Positions 12,113-25,390 of a DNA stretch of 64,000 bases are shown here, one piece after another; positions within the stretch are counted from its first letter, which is position 1, and each line of letters opens with the position of its first letter. A program made the translations under genes and the position numbers. The notes beneath the pieces are model-generated. The model searched no databases. It was given only the letters and a program-made list of their open reading frames with translations, and was not told the DNA's origin. The DNA comes from Octopus sinensis (Eukaryota), in assembly GCF_006345805.1 (NCBI RefSeq), contig NC_042999.1:115754001-115818000 (forward strand), read 5' to 3'.

Positions 12113-12821
12113 TGTTTGAAATTTCGGCGCAGGGCCAGTCATTTTAGAGTAGGGATAAGTCACATCGACCCCAGTGCTCAAATGGTACTTATATTATTGA
12201 CCTAAAATGATGAAAGGCTAAGTGGGCCTCGGTAGAGGTCGAACTCAGAATGTGAAATACGAATAATAATGATAATAATAAAAACACGTTGTTGCGATGT
12301 TTTTTTGCATTAACAGAACGCTTGCTACCGAACTTCTAACGAAACTGGATTTACCATGGATAGGAAAAGTTGCTATCGCCTGTTTTATTTAGTTAACAAG
12401 GTACTTGTTAATGTCACGAGTTCACTAGGAAACTGTGGACTAAAAAACATAGTTCAACTTATACATTTATTTATATCTTTGCAAATCCTTTGTACAAGTT
12501 GCTAGAGATTCAATACACCTGCTGCTTATGAGGGAGTGGGAGGAGATGGTGAGCGCAGGAATTGTTATAACGAATAGGACACAAAGAAAATGTTGAAAGG
12601 AAAGCTACACTAAAAAACAGTTCCAACCTACAATATGTTGGCAATGATCGTATAATCTTAAATGATTGTAAGTTCTTTGTTCTTAATGTCTAGGAAAGGT
12701 GAATGTGATTCTCGCCATCAGCATGCAAAAACATCAGGTCTATTGTTTTTCTGAAGATCATTTGGTCAAAATTTCTCCAACTTTTAGTAGCTTGAAGAAA
12801 TTTAATAAGGTCCATACGCAT

Positions 12822-12892
12822 ACATACATACATACATACAAACATACATACATACATACATACATACATACATACATACATACATACATACA

Positions 12893-12922
<30 letters not shown>
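12822..12922. repeat. (CATA)n microsatellite
   Basis: Direct reading. Confidence 0.97.
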
Positions 12923-12924
<2 letters not shown>

Positions 12925-13445
12925 AATATGAATCTATAACTACAAAGAATTACACTTTAAAAGTACAGATAATAAAGCTTATGATAGTTTCAATAACAAA
13001 AACAATAAAAACAGCTCTGCTTCCTTTGGAAGTTTTAGAGAAGAGGCTTGTCAGGGGTCAACTCCGGTTATAGAAATCAAGTGAGGGAAGGATATTCCAC
13101 AAAACTCAGTTCCTTCTTGCTCGAGGAATTCCAAGGTGGAAAATAACAAGACTATGCCTTTTTTTTCTTTAAAAAAATGGCGAGCCTCTCATAGGAAGCA
13201 ACAGCAGTTGAAAGAGATCCTGACTGGTTGTAGTTATTGTTGGTTCTGTTGCTTCTTTTTCTTTTGTTGTTGTTGTTGTGTTTGTGTGTTTTGTCATTCT
13301 TATTGTTGTTGTTGCGAATTTGGTTAGTTTTGCTCTTCTGAAGTGTTGTGAGATTTGGTTGTTTGAAAATGCAGCTCTTTTGTTCTTTCGATCTTTTTAT
13401 CTTTCTGCTTAGAATAGCCTTGTTTACAATTCTGGCGTTTCTCTT

Positions 13446-13554
13446 TTACGCTTTTACCTCGATCTCATCGTAGATGTGTCGATGAGGACCGTGGTTGATA
13501 TTGGGGCGTGGTGTATTTGCATACGTGTGGCAGTGCATATATTTGTTTTTCATC
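13446..13554 (-). CDS. Candidate (unconfirmed) coding exon resembling a receptor cytoplasmic tail
   Basis: Acceptor-like ctcttttatag|G, then MKNKYMHCHTYANTPRPNINHGPHRHIYDEIEVKA* with YAN and IYDEI tyrosine motifs. No partner exons could be linked. Confidence 0.25.
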
Positions 13555-13862
13555 CTATAAAAGAGTACAAGTTTAGAGACATTTTGGAGGTTTGACTCGT
13601 CATTGTTGTTGCCTGTTTCTTGTGACAAGGGATCGTGGTTCGTATTGCAATTATTATTCTTGTTATTGTTAGTACTGCTGCTGCTGCTCTGGTTGCTACT
13701 CCAGCTGTTGTTGATGTTTTGGATGATGTTCTTGTTGCTGCTACTGTTATTTGCACTGCTTTTGTTATTACAGCTGATGTTGCTCGTCTTTCTTTTGTCA
13801 GTGCATTCTGCTGTTGTAATTGTAATTCAGCAAGAATGTTACCACAAAAATGTCCGGTTTCC

Positions 13863-13955
13863 ACAACAATGTCCGGTTTCCAATGTCTGGTCAAATATCG
13901 CACTGTATCATTGTATCCCACAGGATTTTGCAATTTTCATTCTCGTTGACTCCTA
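13863..13955 (-). mobile_element. Short R4/Dong RLE fragment of the same family as 9109-9655
   Basis: Its reverse complement matches 9180-9275 (gagaatgaaaattgcaaaatcctgtgggat..tgatacagtgcgat..ttgac..cattggaaaccggacattgttgtgg). Confidence 0.8.
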
Positions 13956-14865
13956 AGGTTTGATCATTAAGTAGTTTTAGTCTGAAAAATATAATTTCAT
14001 ATCATTCAGTAGTATAAATTTGACGGTGTTTATTGTTATTTTGGAAAACTTTTGTATGCTAAGTATCTTTTCAATAGATATTATAAATCATATTGGAAGA
14101 CTTTTGACTCTAAATAAATTGAAACAATGCAAGATTTTGCATTTGGATTATTAAATGAATAGACATAAGGTTTAATTTACTCTTGAATGCATTTACTGTC
14201 AAACCGATAGATCATAATTTATTTTGCTTATTTAAGAATTTCTCCGATGCCGCATAATCCAATAGTCTTTATCAACAAACTAATTCCTAAAATATTTATA
14301 GCTTTCATCTATATTACAGATCTTACCAACTGTATTTCAAATATTTAATGAATACAAACGGGAATGTCATGTTCTGTTTCTATTGCGTATACAAGATTTA
14401 TATTTCGCCAGGCAGCTATACGCAATACCAGTGAACGCTTCCCACTGTTTTTCCTGGATATTGAAGGGGACAAATCACGTCTAAGCATGCGGATACGTAT
14501 GAATAAACACCACTGACATGGCCCAATGCAGCAGAAGTGCATCTGGTGTTCTCATTAGCCGCTGATGGAACGACTTTCATCTCTTGATGTATATTGTGTT
14601 TTTTAATTGAGTGCATCCATAAGAGATGTTTTTCCACGACGAATACCGTGGTGAAATTGCCTTTCAACTGTGTATTTACATTAAGCATAATGCAAAGATG
14701 GGTATTTTAATTTGGTATTCCTTCTACTTCATATAACACACACGCATGCGCACACATACTCGGACACGCGCACGTACACACACATACAAACACGCACGCA
14801 CACGCACACACACATGACCGATTTCATATGTATGTACGTATATATATATACATGTATATATAACG

Positions 14866-14905
<40 letters not shown>

Positions 14906-15058
14906 CAGTAGTCCTACCCTTATACATACATACATCCTTTATATATATATATGATGATTCGGTGTCTGACTGAAGATTGAAGGCTTCGAATGATTTGTCT
15001 GTGTTCCGTGTTCGTCCCTTCCTGTATTTCACGTTCATTATATATAAAAACATTCATT

Positions 15059-15113
<55 letters not shown>

Positions 15114-15124
15114 GAAATTTACTG

Positions 15125-15265
15125 ACAAACAAAAGAGGAAAACAAGTGTATAAACAACAAACGTATATTAGTTTAACGCTCGGGAAGGTGAGAAAGTCTT
15201 TTACTTTTCGAACCTATGCTCTTCAACAGAAAGGGACACGAAGAAATAAACAGAGAGAAAACTTT
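15125..15265 (-). mobile_element. Penelope-type pLTR fragment, same family as 39100-39230
   Basis: Reverse complement 'ctgttgaagagcataggttcgaaaagtaaaagactttctcaccttcccgagcgttaaactaata' versus 39121 'ctgttgaagagcattggctcgaaacgtaaaataccttctcacttctcgagcgttaaactaata'. Confidence 0.7.
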
Positions 15266-15308
15266 TGGAGCTACCCGTCAATCATGGCGGCTAGCTGGGC
15301 AAAGGTAG

Positions 15309-15376
<68 letters not shown>

Positions 15377-15399
15377 CATTGTGTGTGTGTGTAAATACA

Positions 15400-15594
15400 A
15401 TATGTGACAACTAGCATTTTTTTCGATGGCTCGATAACCGAAGAGATGCCGGCGTGGGTTTTCGCCCCGACGTCCGAAACTCGGAGTTTTATCATGGCTA
15501 CCGAATAATTATCACATATTATATTTACAGATAAATTCCTCTATTTACATAATATCGAGGTCTCTTCATTCTTTTGTTGTCTTACCATTTCTAT

Positions 15595-15600
<6 letters not shown>
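15400..15600 (+). mobile_element. (TA)n-flanked repeat containing a hammerhead-like motif; homologous to 35620-35776 (-)
   Basis: The reverse complement of 15530-15600 matches 35620-35692 (aaatggtaaga.aacaaaagaa.gaagagacctc.atattatgtaaatagagga). The segment 15440-15493 matches 35722-35776. Confidence 0.65.
15433..15493 (+). ncRNA. Candidate minimal type-I hammerhead ribozyme (degenerate)
   Basis: Stem I GAUAA/UUAUC, core CCGAAGA (U4>C), stem II GAUG../..CGUC plus an extra C, GAAA, palindromic stem III CUC-G-GAG, GUU cleavage triplet. Confidence 0.45.
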
Positions 15601-15674
<74 letters not shown>

Positions 15675-16554
15675 TAAATGGTGGGGATGTGTTAACCACA
15701 CGTGGAGAAATGATAGGAGAGGAAAAATATTAAGGCAGAATGCTAAACTGAAAGTAAATTTTAATAAAAATGGGTGTATGAAAAATTAAAAAGAGAAATA
15801 AAACTGGCTTTCACTGCAAGACAAATTTTTAAGATTCGGAAAAGAATTTTTATTTTTAAATTGAGAAAGGCAAATACACTACAGTTGCCGTGGAGAAGAA
15901 ACATCTCTCTTATGGTAAAAAGGTGTGAAAACACCATGTTCGTTCAGTGTCATCATCTCTCGGAAATCTCAGACATCGCTGTTTCGAGTTTTTTGACTCT
16001 TGTCAATGAGATGTACCTAGAATATAGCTAAACTATACCTAAGATATACCTTTATATATATGCCTGTATATATATATATATATGTATATATATATACACA
16101 CATATATATAAAAGTATATCTTAGGTATATATATATGTATATATATATATATACATGTATTATGTGTGTGTGTGTGCGTGAGCGTGTGTGTGTATGTGTG
16201 TTTACATATATACATGTATGTACGTATATATATAATATATATATATATATATATGTATGTATGCATGTGTATAAATATACGTTTATATATATATTCTGTT
16301 TTTTTCTATGTTTTTGTTTTTATGTTTTCGTTTCTCATTGTGTTCCACGTTTTTTTTTTATGTCCTGTATATATACATATATATGTAGGTATGTACATAT
16401 ATGTATGTATATATGAATATATTTATATTATTATATGATCGAACGCCACGCATCCTTTTCCAAGTAAGTTTTATCTTATATATATATATAATATATATAT
16501 GGATGTATATATATGTATATATATATATGGATGTGTATATATATATATATGGAC

Positions 16555-16641
<87 letters not shown>

Positions 16642-16643
<2 letters not shown>

Positions 16644-17355
16644 ACCGACCATCTCCGATTGACTATTGACTTTTGGGTTGAGGTGGTGGATCCGTATAAC
16701 TTCTTTGATTTGAAGATTTGTGTTATTGACATGATCTGGAAAAGTCGACAGTAGGACTCGCCGGAGTCTGGACATGGGCCACAAGGATTTGTAAAATGGC
16801 CTCCGTATGACAGAGACTATGGGTCTGGTGTGGAGGTCAGGTTCTTGCTTGTGCGCCTTGATAAGGTGGTAAAATGAAGGCGTCTGACTGTTGCGTGAAG
16901 TGAGGTCCCTTTTGATGCGCACTGGGAGTTTACATTGGTTACCGATGTTGGTCCAGATGTTGGTGATCAGGTTCTCCAGCACTGTCGTAGTAACTCCAGT
17001 AACATTAGCATAGATACTGTGGTTGTTAAGGTGTTGGAACTCTAAATTGTTATATGTGTCCTGTGGGATGACGCAAAACTCTGTTTTTGTCGGAGAGAAG
17101 GTAGCCCAGATTTCACGATTGAGTCGTTTTTTAATGTGGTGATTTTTGTCCTAGAAAGGGAAGGAATTGCCTTATTTGTCCAGGATGTTGAAGAGGGACT
17201 GTTTCAGCCTAGATAATTTGCTGTCAAATTGGTGGTTGGTAGGGGTAGGTGTAGTGTGGTGTCAGGGTGGTAGATGGGAAATTTATGGAGAATGACACGG
17301 TGGGGTCAGCGGGGGCATCAGAGTTAAGGATTCAGTGAGGTCTGCGATTAAGGGT
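16642..17355 (-). mobile_element. Penelope-like element fragment, N-terminal part of the RT
   Basis: ORF 16476-16982 '[34 protein letters not shown]' matches the PLE RT motif P.FY.LPK.HK...RPIVS. It ends in (TA)n. Confidence 0.85.
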
Positions 17356-17852
17356 ACGTACGTATGTATATATGTATGTATGCGCAAACATATTATTATC
17401 ATAAAATGTCAAGGAAAGCAATACACATAAGCATATATGTATATTTTCGATAGGTGTGTATTTATTGAAATTATGCATACTAGGAACTCAAAGCTATATG
17501 AAATGGTAGAAGCAGTTTTAAGAGTATATAATTTGCTTCTTGTCGTTCACAACAAAACTATAGTTTATCGGGCGTTTCTTGTATTTTCTTTTTCTCGGTT
17601 AAACTGCAAAAAGTTATATCAAAAAGTTATATAAAAAATATTAATAACACATAATGATAGAAATGAAACCAGTAATATTAAAGAAGCAATATAAGCACAT
17701 GTATGTGAGTGGGTGTGTGCGTATACATACTTACATACAAACGTATACATACATATAAATATATATATATAATATATATATATATATATAATATATATAT
17801 ATATATAAATATATATATATAAAAATATGTATGTATACAAACGTATACATAC

Positions 17853-17892
<40 letters not shown>

Positions 17893-17951
17893 TAAATATA
17901 TATATAAATATATATATATATATTATATATATTATATATAAATATGCACAC

Positions 17952-17952
<1 letters not shown>

Positions 17953-18003
<51 letters not shown>

Positions 18004-18026
18004 TAATAATAATAATAATAATAATA

Positions 18027-18066
<40 letters not shown>
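17953..18066. repeat. (TAA)n microsatellite following a (TA)n/(TACA)n tract
   Basis: Direct reading. Confidence 0.97.
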
Positions 18067-18067
<1 letters not shown>

Positions 18068-18689
18068 TGATGGCAGTGATGATAATAAGTGGCAAAAACT
18101 GATACTTGAGTCAGGTACCCACTGGATACTAGACTGTTATGGCGAAATGCGAGGAAAATTATTCACACTTATAATCTCGTCCATCTTAAGTTTTGAAATA
18201 TATTCTACTTACATATATAACTTATTTGGTGATATGGTATTTATTAAAGAATCATCCACAAGCACACAATTACACATACACTTGCTCATATACTTAAGTA
18301 TATATGAAGAGTTAAAGAACTCTATGCATCCACACGCCCATCATACATGTATACAGGATTCTGCCTAAATAAAAATATTCTTTTCTAGTTTAGTAACACA
18401 GCCAATAAATTTGGAGTGAGCAAGTACCAGCTACGCCTATAATTGACTGATGTGAAAGAATGAAAAGCAAAGTTAATCCCAACAGAATTCGATCTCAGAA
18501 CGAAAAGAAATACCACTTAGTATTTATCGTTTTTACAACGTTCTAACAATTCTGCCAGTCCAGCCAATGAAGGTGGAAACAAATATTTAAGCTTATATAC
18601 AAGACTAAAGGTTTTGATAAATGCTACTAAAACGTGTGTGGTTGGCATCGTATTTTACAATGTTGGAATAATGAGATGAACGAAAGAGA

Positions 18690-19090
18690 CAGAAAAAAGG
18701 AGAAAACCTTATTGATGTATGGAGTGCTTCATGCAAAGGCAAATGTCTCACTTATACGTGAAACGGAAGATCGGAAGGAGAGGAATTATCAGTTTTTCTA
18801 ACTGTATAGAAGGTAAGCAAAAGTCAGTACACCTCCACTTTGTAAGAAGCGAAGAACTACCTAAAAATAAAGTAACAGAACTGGGACTTATCTGTATTGA
18901 ACTTGAAGAGAAGCATACCGAAGTGTGATAATTTGTGAAAGGGGGAAAAAACAAGGTAGAAGAAATGAATTTATATGGATTGTTCCAAAGAGACCTGTAA
19001 CATGTGAAACATCATGATTTACCCAGGGGAATGGCTCCTGCATGGAGATTTAAAGAGTCCTTTGAGATGAATTATGATTTGTGCAAAGAT
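18690..19090 (+). mobile_element. Degenerate R4/Dong LINE fragment (post-RT region)
   Basis: 'MYGVLHAKANVSHLYVKRKIGRRGIISFSNCIE' parallels 'MHRMHHPKADTERLYMPRKEGGRGLLQL' in the 9659 ORF. Confidence 0.7.
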
Positions 19091-19446
19091 TTTGTTTAAA
19101 GTAAAGAAGAGTTGCACACCGTCAGTCTCACTTCCTAGTTCGTGAAAATCTTCAATCACGTGGCAAGACCAGGTCAAAACGATTGAGGATGGAGACAGGT
19201 GCAGTGGATGACCAAGATGTCTTACTTGCCTCGTCTTGTTCTACGCACTCCAGAGTACAGTGTTGCAATTGCTTTAATCTCCGTTGAACCATGAAGGTTT
19301 CTTCTGCTGAACCCGCCGTATACAGTCTTTACAATCGTAGGTAGGCAGACCCTAATACACTATTTAAATCATAGCTTCGAGTCTATAGTTCTACTATATA
19401 TATATATATATTAATAATGTATTATTATTAATATTGGGAAATCAAT

Positions 19447-19812
19447 ATCAGAAAACTCCTTAGAAAGATATACACGTGTGAAAAATAATTGTTGTATTAA
19501 AAATATATAAATAAATGAATATAAATATGTATAAAAATATATGCAAATATGTATAAGTATAAATATATAAAGTATATGCCAGTTTAAAAGTTTTGAATTA
19601 AGCATTTAAAGCATATAGTTCATAATATAAAATCAAATTACATTTTAAATTATATGTGAAGTTATAGAATTATAAATTGATCAAAATATACATTATATAT
19701 TTATACTTATACATATTTACATATATTTTTATACATATTTATATTTATTTATTTATATATTTTCAATACAACAATTATTTTCACACGTGTATATTTCTAA
19801 GGAGTTTCTGAT
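19447..19812. repeat. AT-rich fold-back inverted repeat (~130-bp arms)
   Basis: atcagaaaactccttagaaagatatacacgtgtgaaaaataattgttgtatt... (19447-19577) versus ...aatacaacaattattttcacacgtgtatatttctaaggagtttctgat (19687-19812). Confidence 0.9.
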
Positions 19813-19836
19813 CCTAGTATTAAGAATAATAAATTA

Positions 19837-19880
<44 letters not shown>

Positions 19881-19923
19881 TGTGTGTGTGTGTGTATGTG
19901 TGTGTGTGGTGTGTGTGTGTTTA

Positions 19924-20020
<97 letters not shown>

Positions 20021-20213
20021 TTATAATTATATACATAATTATAACAAGGGATTGGTTAACCAAAAGTTTAATTCATTATCTTTCTTGCTCGCCTACAACC
20101 CAGTGTGTTATTCTCGGAGATTTTAAGGTTGTAATAGTGTCTTTTGGCGCCTATTTTTCCAACGCGTGGAGAGGCTTATAGCCAATCCCTTATAATAATG
20201 TATATAATTATAA
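20021..20213. repeat. Inverted repeat (~36-bp arms, ~120-bp spacer) next to (TA)n
   Basis: ttataattatatacataattataacaagggattggtta versus tagccaatcccttataataatgtatataattataa. Confidence 0.8.
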
Positions 20214-20290
20214 AATAATCGAAAAATTTACCTATAAGATTTTTATTTCCGCACTCATCCCTGGTGAAATCATTAATGATTTTTACCCTT

Positions 20291-20600
20291 TTCTTCTTCT
20301 TCTTCTTCTTCTTCTTCTTCTTCTTCTTCTTCTTCTTCTTCTTCTTCTTCTTCTCTTCTTCTTCTTCTTCTTCTCTCTTATTCTTCTTCTTCTTCTTCTT
20401 CTTATTATTATTATTATTATTATTACTATTATTATTATTATTATTATTATATGTGTGTGTGTATGTATATATATATATATATATATGAGTATGTATATAT
20501 ATATATATATATATATACATACACACATACATACATGCATACATACATACATACATACATACCATATACATACATACATACATACATACATACATACATA
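20291..20600. repeat. Compound microsatellite (TTC)n-(TTA)n-(TA)n-(CATA)n
   Basis: Direct reading. Confidence 0.97.
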
Positions 20601-21068
20601 CAAAGTGGGTTAAAAGTTACAAAATCACGCTCCAATTAAAGTTCAATATGCTCCGGAACTGTCAAAGACATGCCTCAATTGTTCTAAAATTGAAAATAAA
20701 TGATAAATGCACACATACTTGTACATTATAAACAAAATAAATAATAAAAGTAACGTAATATAAAATGTCCGTGTATGTGTGTGTGTGTGTGCGCGCGTGC
20801 ACACGCTTGCGTATGTACGTGTGTGTCTCTGTATCTGTGCGTCTGTCCGTGTGTGTATACGCTTATACATATATCAGACATGCACACACACACACACACA
20901 CACAACACACACACACACACGCACGCACATGAATACATATATAATTCTGTCGTGCAACTCTATATATCCAAAATCTATCACTCAACTTGTTTTACTAATC
21001 TGCGATTCAGTACCGATCTCTTTTTCTCTTCTCTCTCTGACTCACCCCTGACGGCTATATGTCACTAC

Positions 21069-21117
<49 letters not shown>

Positions 21118-21139
21118 ATCTATACACACACACACACAC

Positions 21140-21194
<55 letters not shown>

Positions 21195-21914
21195 TATATA
21201 CATATATATATACATATATATATATATATAGTTACACCCCCAAACACATACGCCCCCCCCACACACATACACTACACACACGTGACAGATGTTTTTATGT
21301 TCAACCTTCGAGACACTTGTCTTTCATCGAGAAGTAAGATTATTATTGTTATTCTTTTTAGGTCTTGTGCCCATAGTAGAAAAGTATTATTTTTCATATT
21401 ATACTTCGCAATCGACTCTGCGTTAGTAGTATATTGATGGTTATGATGGAAATGGGTTGATAGTAATAGTATTAGCTGTAGTTTTGATAGAGGTGGAGGC
21501 GACGGTGATGATAGTGGTGGTGGTCAGTCAGTGATGACGGTGATAGTAAGTGATGTGAAAGACAGTGGTGATGGTGGTTGAGGGGAAGGCGACGAAGTCA
21601 AAGGTATTGATGGTGGTGGCGTCAGAAGTCTGAATGGTATTTGTATGGCAGTTGATGGTGGTGGTTGAAAACAGTTAACAGAAAGAGAGAGAGAGAGAAA
21701 AAGGTTAAACATAAAAAAAATTGTACTGACCCCAGAATGGGAAGACAAAAAAATGTTGTTTATCATGCAGCTTGGCAATAAGTCCCAAGTCGACAAATTA
21801 TATTATTGTTTTGATGAAAACTGTTCCTTGCTTGAAAAATATTGGTCTCAATGCATGAAGAGACACCCCCAGGAGCCAGCTTAAAAGCTACCCGATGGAC
21901 CGACTTTTAAGCTA

Positions 21915-21956
<42 letters not shown>

Positions 21957-22144
21957 GTACATGCATACATACATACATACATACATACATACATACATAC
22001 ATACATACATACATACATACACATATATATATATATATACTAGCATATATATATATGTGTGTGTGTGTGTGTGTACGTAAGTGTATATACGATTTATATA
22101 TATATATATATACAGACACATTATTTTGTACAAACAATACACAA

Positions 22145-22860
22145 TGCATCAAGCGAACTACAATACTCTCCTATCTCTAAGCCTGAGCTAGGCCGAGTTC
22201 GCAACTACTAGGGAGTTAATCAAGCTATCAGAGAAACGTGCTAAAATCGGATACCAAATAAACCTTCTTAAACACTGCCTCAAAAACAACATAATTCCCA
22301 ACACCTCAGGAACATACATCTACCCATGTGCTTCCGCAGCCTTACCCTTTGACGTTCACTGAAATACATGCATACGTTCGTCATTAGAAAAATCATGCAC
22401 TATCTACACCACCAACTACATGAGCACATACACAAATTCTCCGAAATAATATCCAGTATCACATCAACCATTGAACATATTTACCGAAGAACAATCGCAG
22501 CTGTTGGCCGATGCTACCACCACTGCGTTGACCAAGAGAAGAAATGCCTCAAACCTAAATTCCTACGGCTTTGTACCAAACACCGCAACAGCTCGGCCCA
22601 TTACACCGACACAGAGGAAAAGGACACGTCCACCAAACGAGATATCGCTAACATAGAGGACGCCAGCACACCTTTAACAAAATCCTTAGTGACAGACTTC
22701 AGTGGGTCACTCTCCCACGAAGAACTAGGACTTCACAGTCTGGGCCCTCAATTATCTTGAGCCAACAGCCAAACGAGAAATTCTTATTCGACCTGGAAGC
22801 CAAGTTTTGTCGAACAGCCTTCCATCTCAAATGGCTATCAGTGAGTCGGTCAATTCCTAG
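22145..22860 (+). mobile_element. Penelope-like element, 5' (N-terminal) coding region, degenerate
   Basis: 'KLSEKRAKIGYQINLLKHCLKNNIIP' and 'SLSHEELGLHSLGP' resemble PLE N-terminal motifs (FL..C....IIP; LS..E..LL.LG..F). The start is duplicated at 22957-23010. Confidence 0.6.
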
Positions 22861-23027
22861 GGATATCTGAAGGAGGAATTTTTATATTCCGAAATATTAT
22901 ATTATAACAGTTATTATAGTCCATTGTTATTATAGTGCATTGTTCTGCCGTTCAAAACACATTTTTTACAAACAATACACAATGCTTCAAGAACTATAGT
23001 ATTCTCTTATATATATATATATATATA

Positions 23028-23066
<39 letters not shown>

Positions 23067-23146
23067 ATATATATATATATATATATATATAATGTATATA
23101 TATATGTATATATATGTATATATATATGTATATAAATATATATATA

Positions 23147-23204
<58 letters not shown>

Positions 23205-23249
23205 TATATCTATAAATAGTGTGTGTATTTTTCCCTTGTTAACAATTAC

Positions 23250-23881
23250 CACGGAAAAATAGATAATATTTACCAGGGGTAGCAAAAAAATAACACAGGT
23301 AAAAACGTAAATTTAAGTCTTTCAAAAATAATTACACTAAAAATAAAATAACTAGTAGCAAAATAATTTGGTTAATTATTCCATACGGGAGAAAAATTAA
23401 ATCTAACCTCCCATTGCAGTTTCGTGAAGCTATTATTCGGAATTTTCCAAAGAAATCTAGTTATTACTCTATTTAATCAACTCACATACTGTTAGGGTTG
23501 GTTTTTCCAACAGGAAAAATCTCTTACAAATTATCTCTTCACATAATAGCAACCTGTTAAATATTAATACATTTATTAATACTAACATTAATTTAGCTAA
23601 TACCATACATCTCTCTAGAAATATTAATAACAAGATTATTGTATCTGAAGTTAGTTACAACAGAATCAAGCTTATGTCAAGTAACTCTAAAATTAAAAAT
23701 TCTATATACCAGTGTAAAATTACTGCTCGTTATCAAGTATATTTTTATACTGGAAGTACGTCGTCACGGTTATCTAGAGGAATTTCTAATCATTACTCTA
23801 CATTTACGGATAGGAATAAACGTAACAGTACAGGGCTTAGTAAATTAATTCAGGAACTAAAAGACCACAATAAACAGTTTA

Positions 23882-23890
<9 letters not shown>
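23250..23890 (+). mobile_element. Penelope-like element fragment: RT thumb/linker and GIY-YIG endonuclease
   Basis: 'KIIWLIIPYGRKIKSNL..FPKKSSY..TVRVGFSN..QIISSHN', then 'NSIYQCKI..YFYTGSTS..NHYSTF..RNSTGLSKLIQELKD'. Confidence 0.8.
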
Positions 23891-23915
<25 letters not shown>

Positions 23916-23974
23916 GCATACATATACACACATAAATCGTGTATATATATATATACTCTTTTACTTTTTTACTT

Positions 23975-24110
23975 TTTCAGTCATTTGACTGTGGCCATGC
24001 TCGAAGAAATCGACCCCAGGACTTATTCTATCGGTCTCCTTTACAGGGACGTAACCACACTAGCATCAGTTGTCAAGCAATGTTGGGGGGCAAACAGACA
24101 CAAACATATA
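23975..24110 (-). mobile_element. SINE family B, 3' part
   Basis: Matches the tail of the 37122-37520 copy (cagtcatttgactgtggccatgct..tcgaccccaggacttattc). Confidence 0.75.
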
Positions 24111-24154
24111 CACACACACATACATACAGACATACACACATACATATATACATA

Positions 24155-24186
<32 letters not shown>

Positions 24187-24739
24187 ACACATATATATAA
24201 TATATATAATATATATATAATATATATATATATTATATATATATACCTAGAAGTTGTCGAAGAAAGATTATCGTTACTCTCTCTCATTAAACATTTATAT
24301 CCTCATTGGTCTACATTTTGAAATGTTGTTTACTTAGATTTATAATTCATGGGACCAGTTCTAACTCATCATTAGTCTGATGTCGTCTGCTAATAGATGC
24401 AAATTTACAGGTATGCACAGACACAAATAGTTATACTAAAACACACATAAGCACAGATACAGACATATGTATGCATTTGTGTGTATGTGTGTATGTGTGT
24501 CTTGCCATAAGAAATTGTGCAAACATGAAAACGATTAGAGAGTATTGAAAGACAGTGATTTATCACACTTACGGAAAGCTGAAAATCATTACTCACAATT
24601 TCACCTTTACAAATTTCTGAGGGTGACAGTATTTCCTGAATGGAAAGCTATTTTTTTTTATTACTTCAAACTAGTTCCTTAGTTAAAATATAATTATTCA
24701 TCGTTCAATTAAGACTATAATAACCACACACTTATTTGT

Positions 24740-24799
<60 letters not shown>

Positions 24800-25039
24800 A
24801 TAATATTTACAAAGAAGAAAGTAATGCCCAGGTGAACGAGTGTGTGATTCAATTTTCACTTCCTGTCTGTACATATATGATACATTAATTTTCCCTTGTC
24901 TTGTCTTAATTGCCCTTCTGAACATTGAAACATCACCACACCTCTCTTTCCCTTCACTGAACTTCATTGGATTACGCAACCTATGAAATACATACTATAA
25001 ACAAACTTTGGAAGTATCGAATGTGGTCAGTATTTTGCA

Positions 25040-25320
25040 GACAAGAAAGTAAATTACGAACGCAATAAAGCTGTAAAGACAGCACAGAAATATTGGACAT
25101 TTACCCATATAAGACTGACAAAAACATTGCCAGAAGATAGCTGCGGGACTCGAACGCGTACCCCTCAGATACCGGATGAGTGCTCTAGCCATTAAGCTAA
25201 ATGGTCCCGGTATCCGGGGAGTATGGCTTCGAGCCCCGTAGCTGCATTTCTAGCAACTTTTTTCCGTCTTCTCTGCTGTTCCTTACAGCTGTACTGCTTT
25301 CGAAAGTTATTTTCTAGTGG
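25040..25320. mobile_element. Head-to-head inverted pair of tRNA-headed repeats (SINE-like)
   Basis: On the minus strand, 25140-25199 has an A box TAGCTTAATGG and a B box GTTCGAGTCC. The plus strand 25208-25320 is a diverged inverted copy lacking the A box. Confidence 0.65.
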
Positions 25321-25321
25321 G

Positions 25322-25390
<69 letters not shown>

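Noticed and set aside
13550-13933. Thr/Ala-rich mucin-like ORF
   Set aside because: Its N-terminus is an out-of-frame R4/Dong RLE fragment and the rest is decayed (AAC/AGC)n repeat.
25140-25199. Functional tRNA gene
   Set aside because: There is no acceptor stem, the anticodon loop is non-canonical, and the sequence continues into a repeat body; it is SINE-like.
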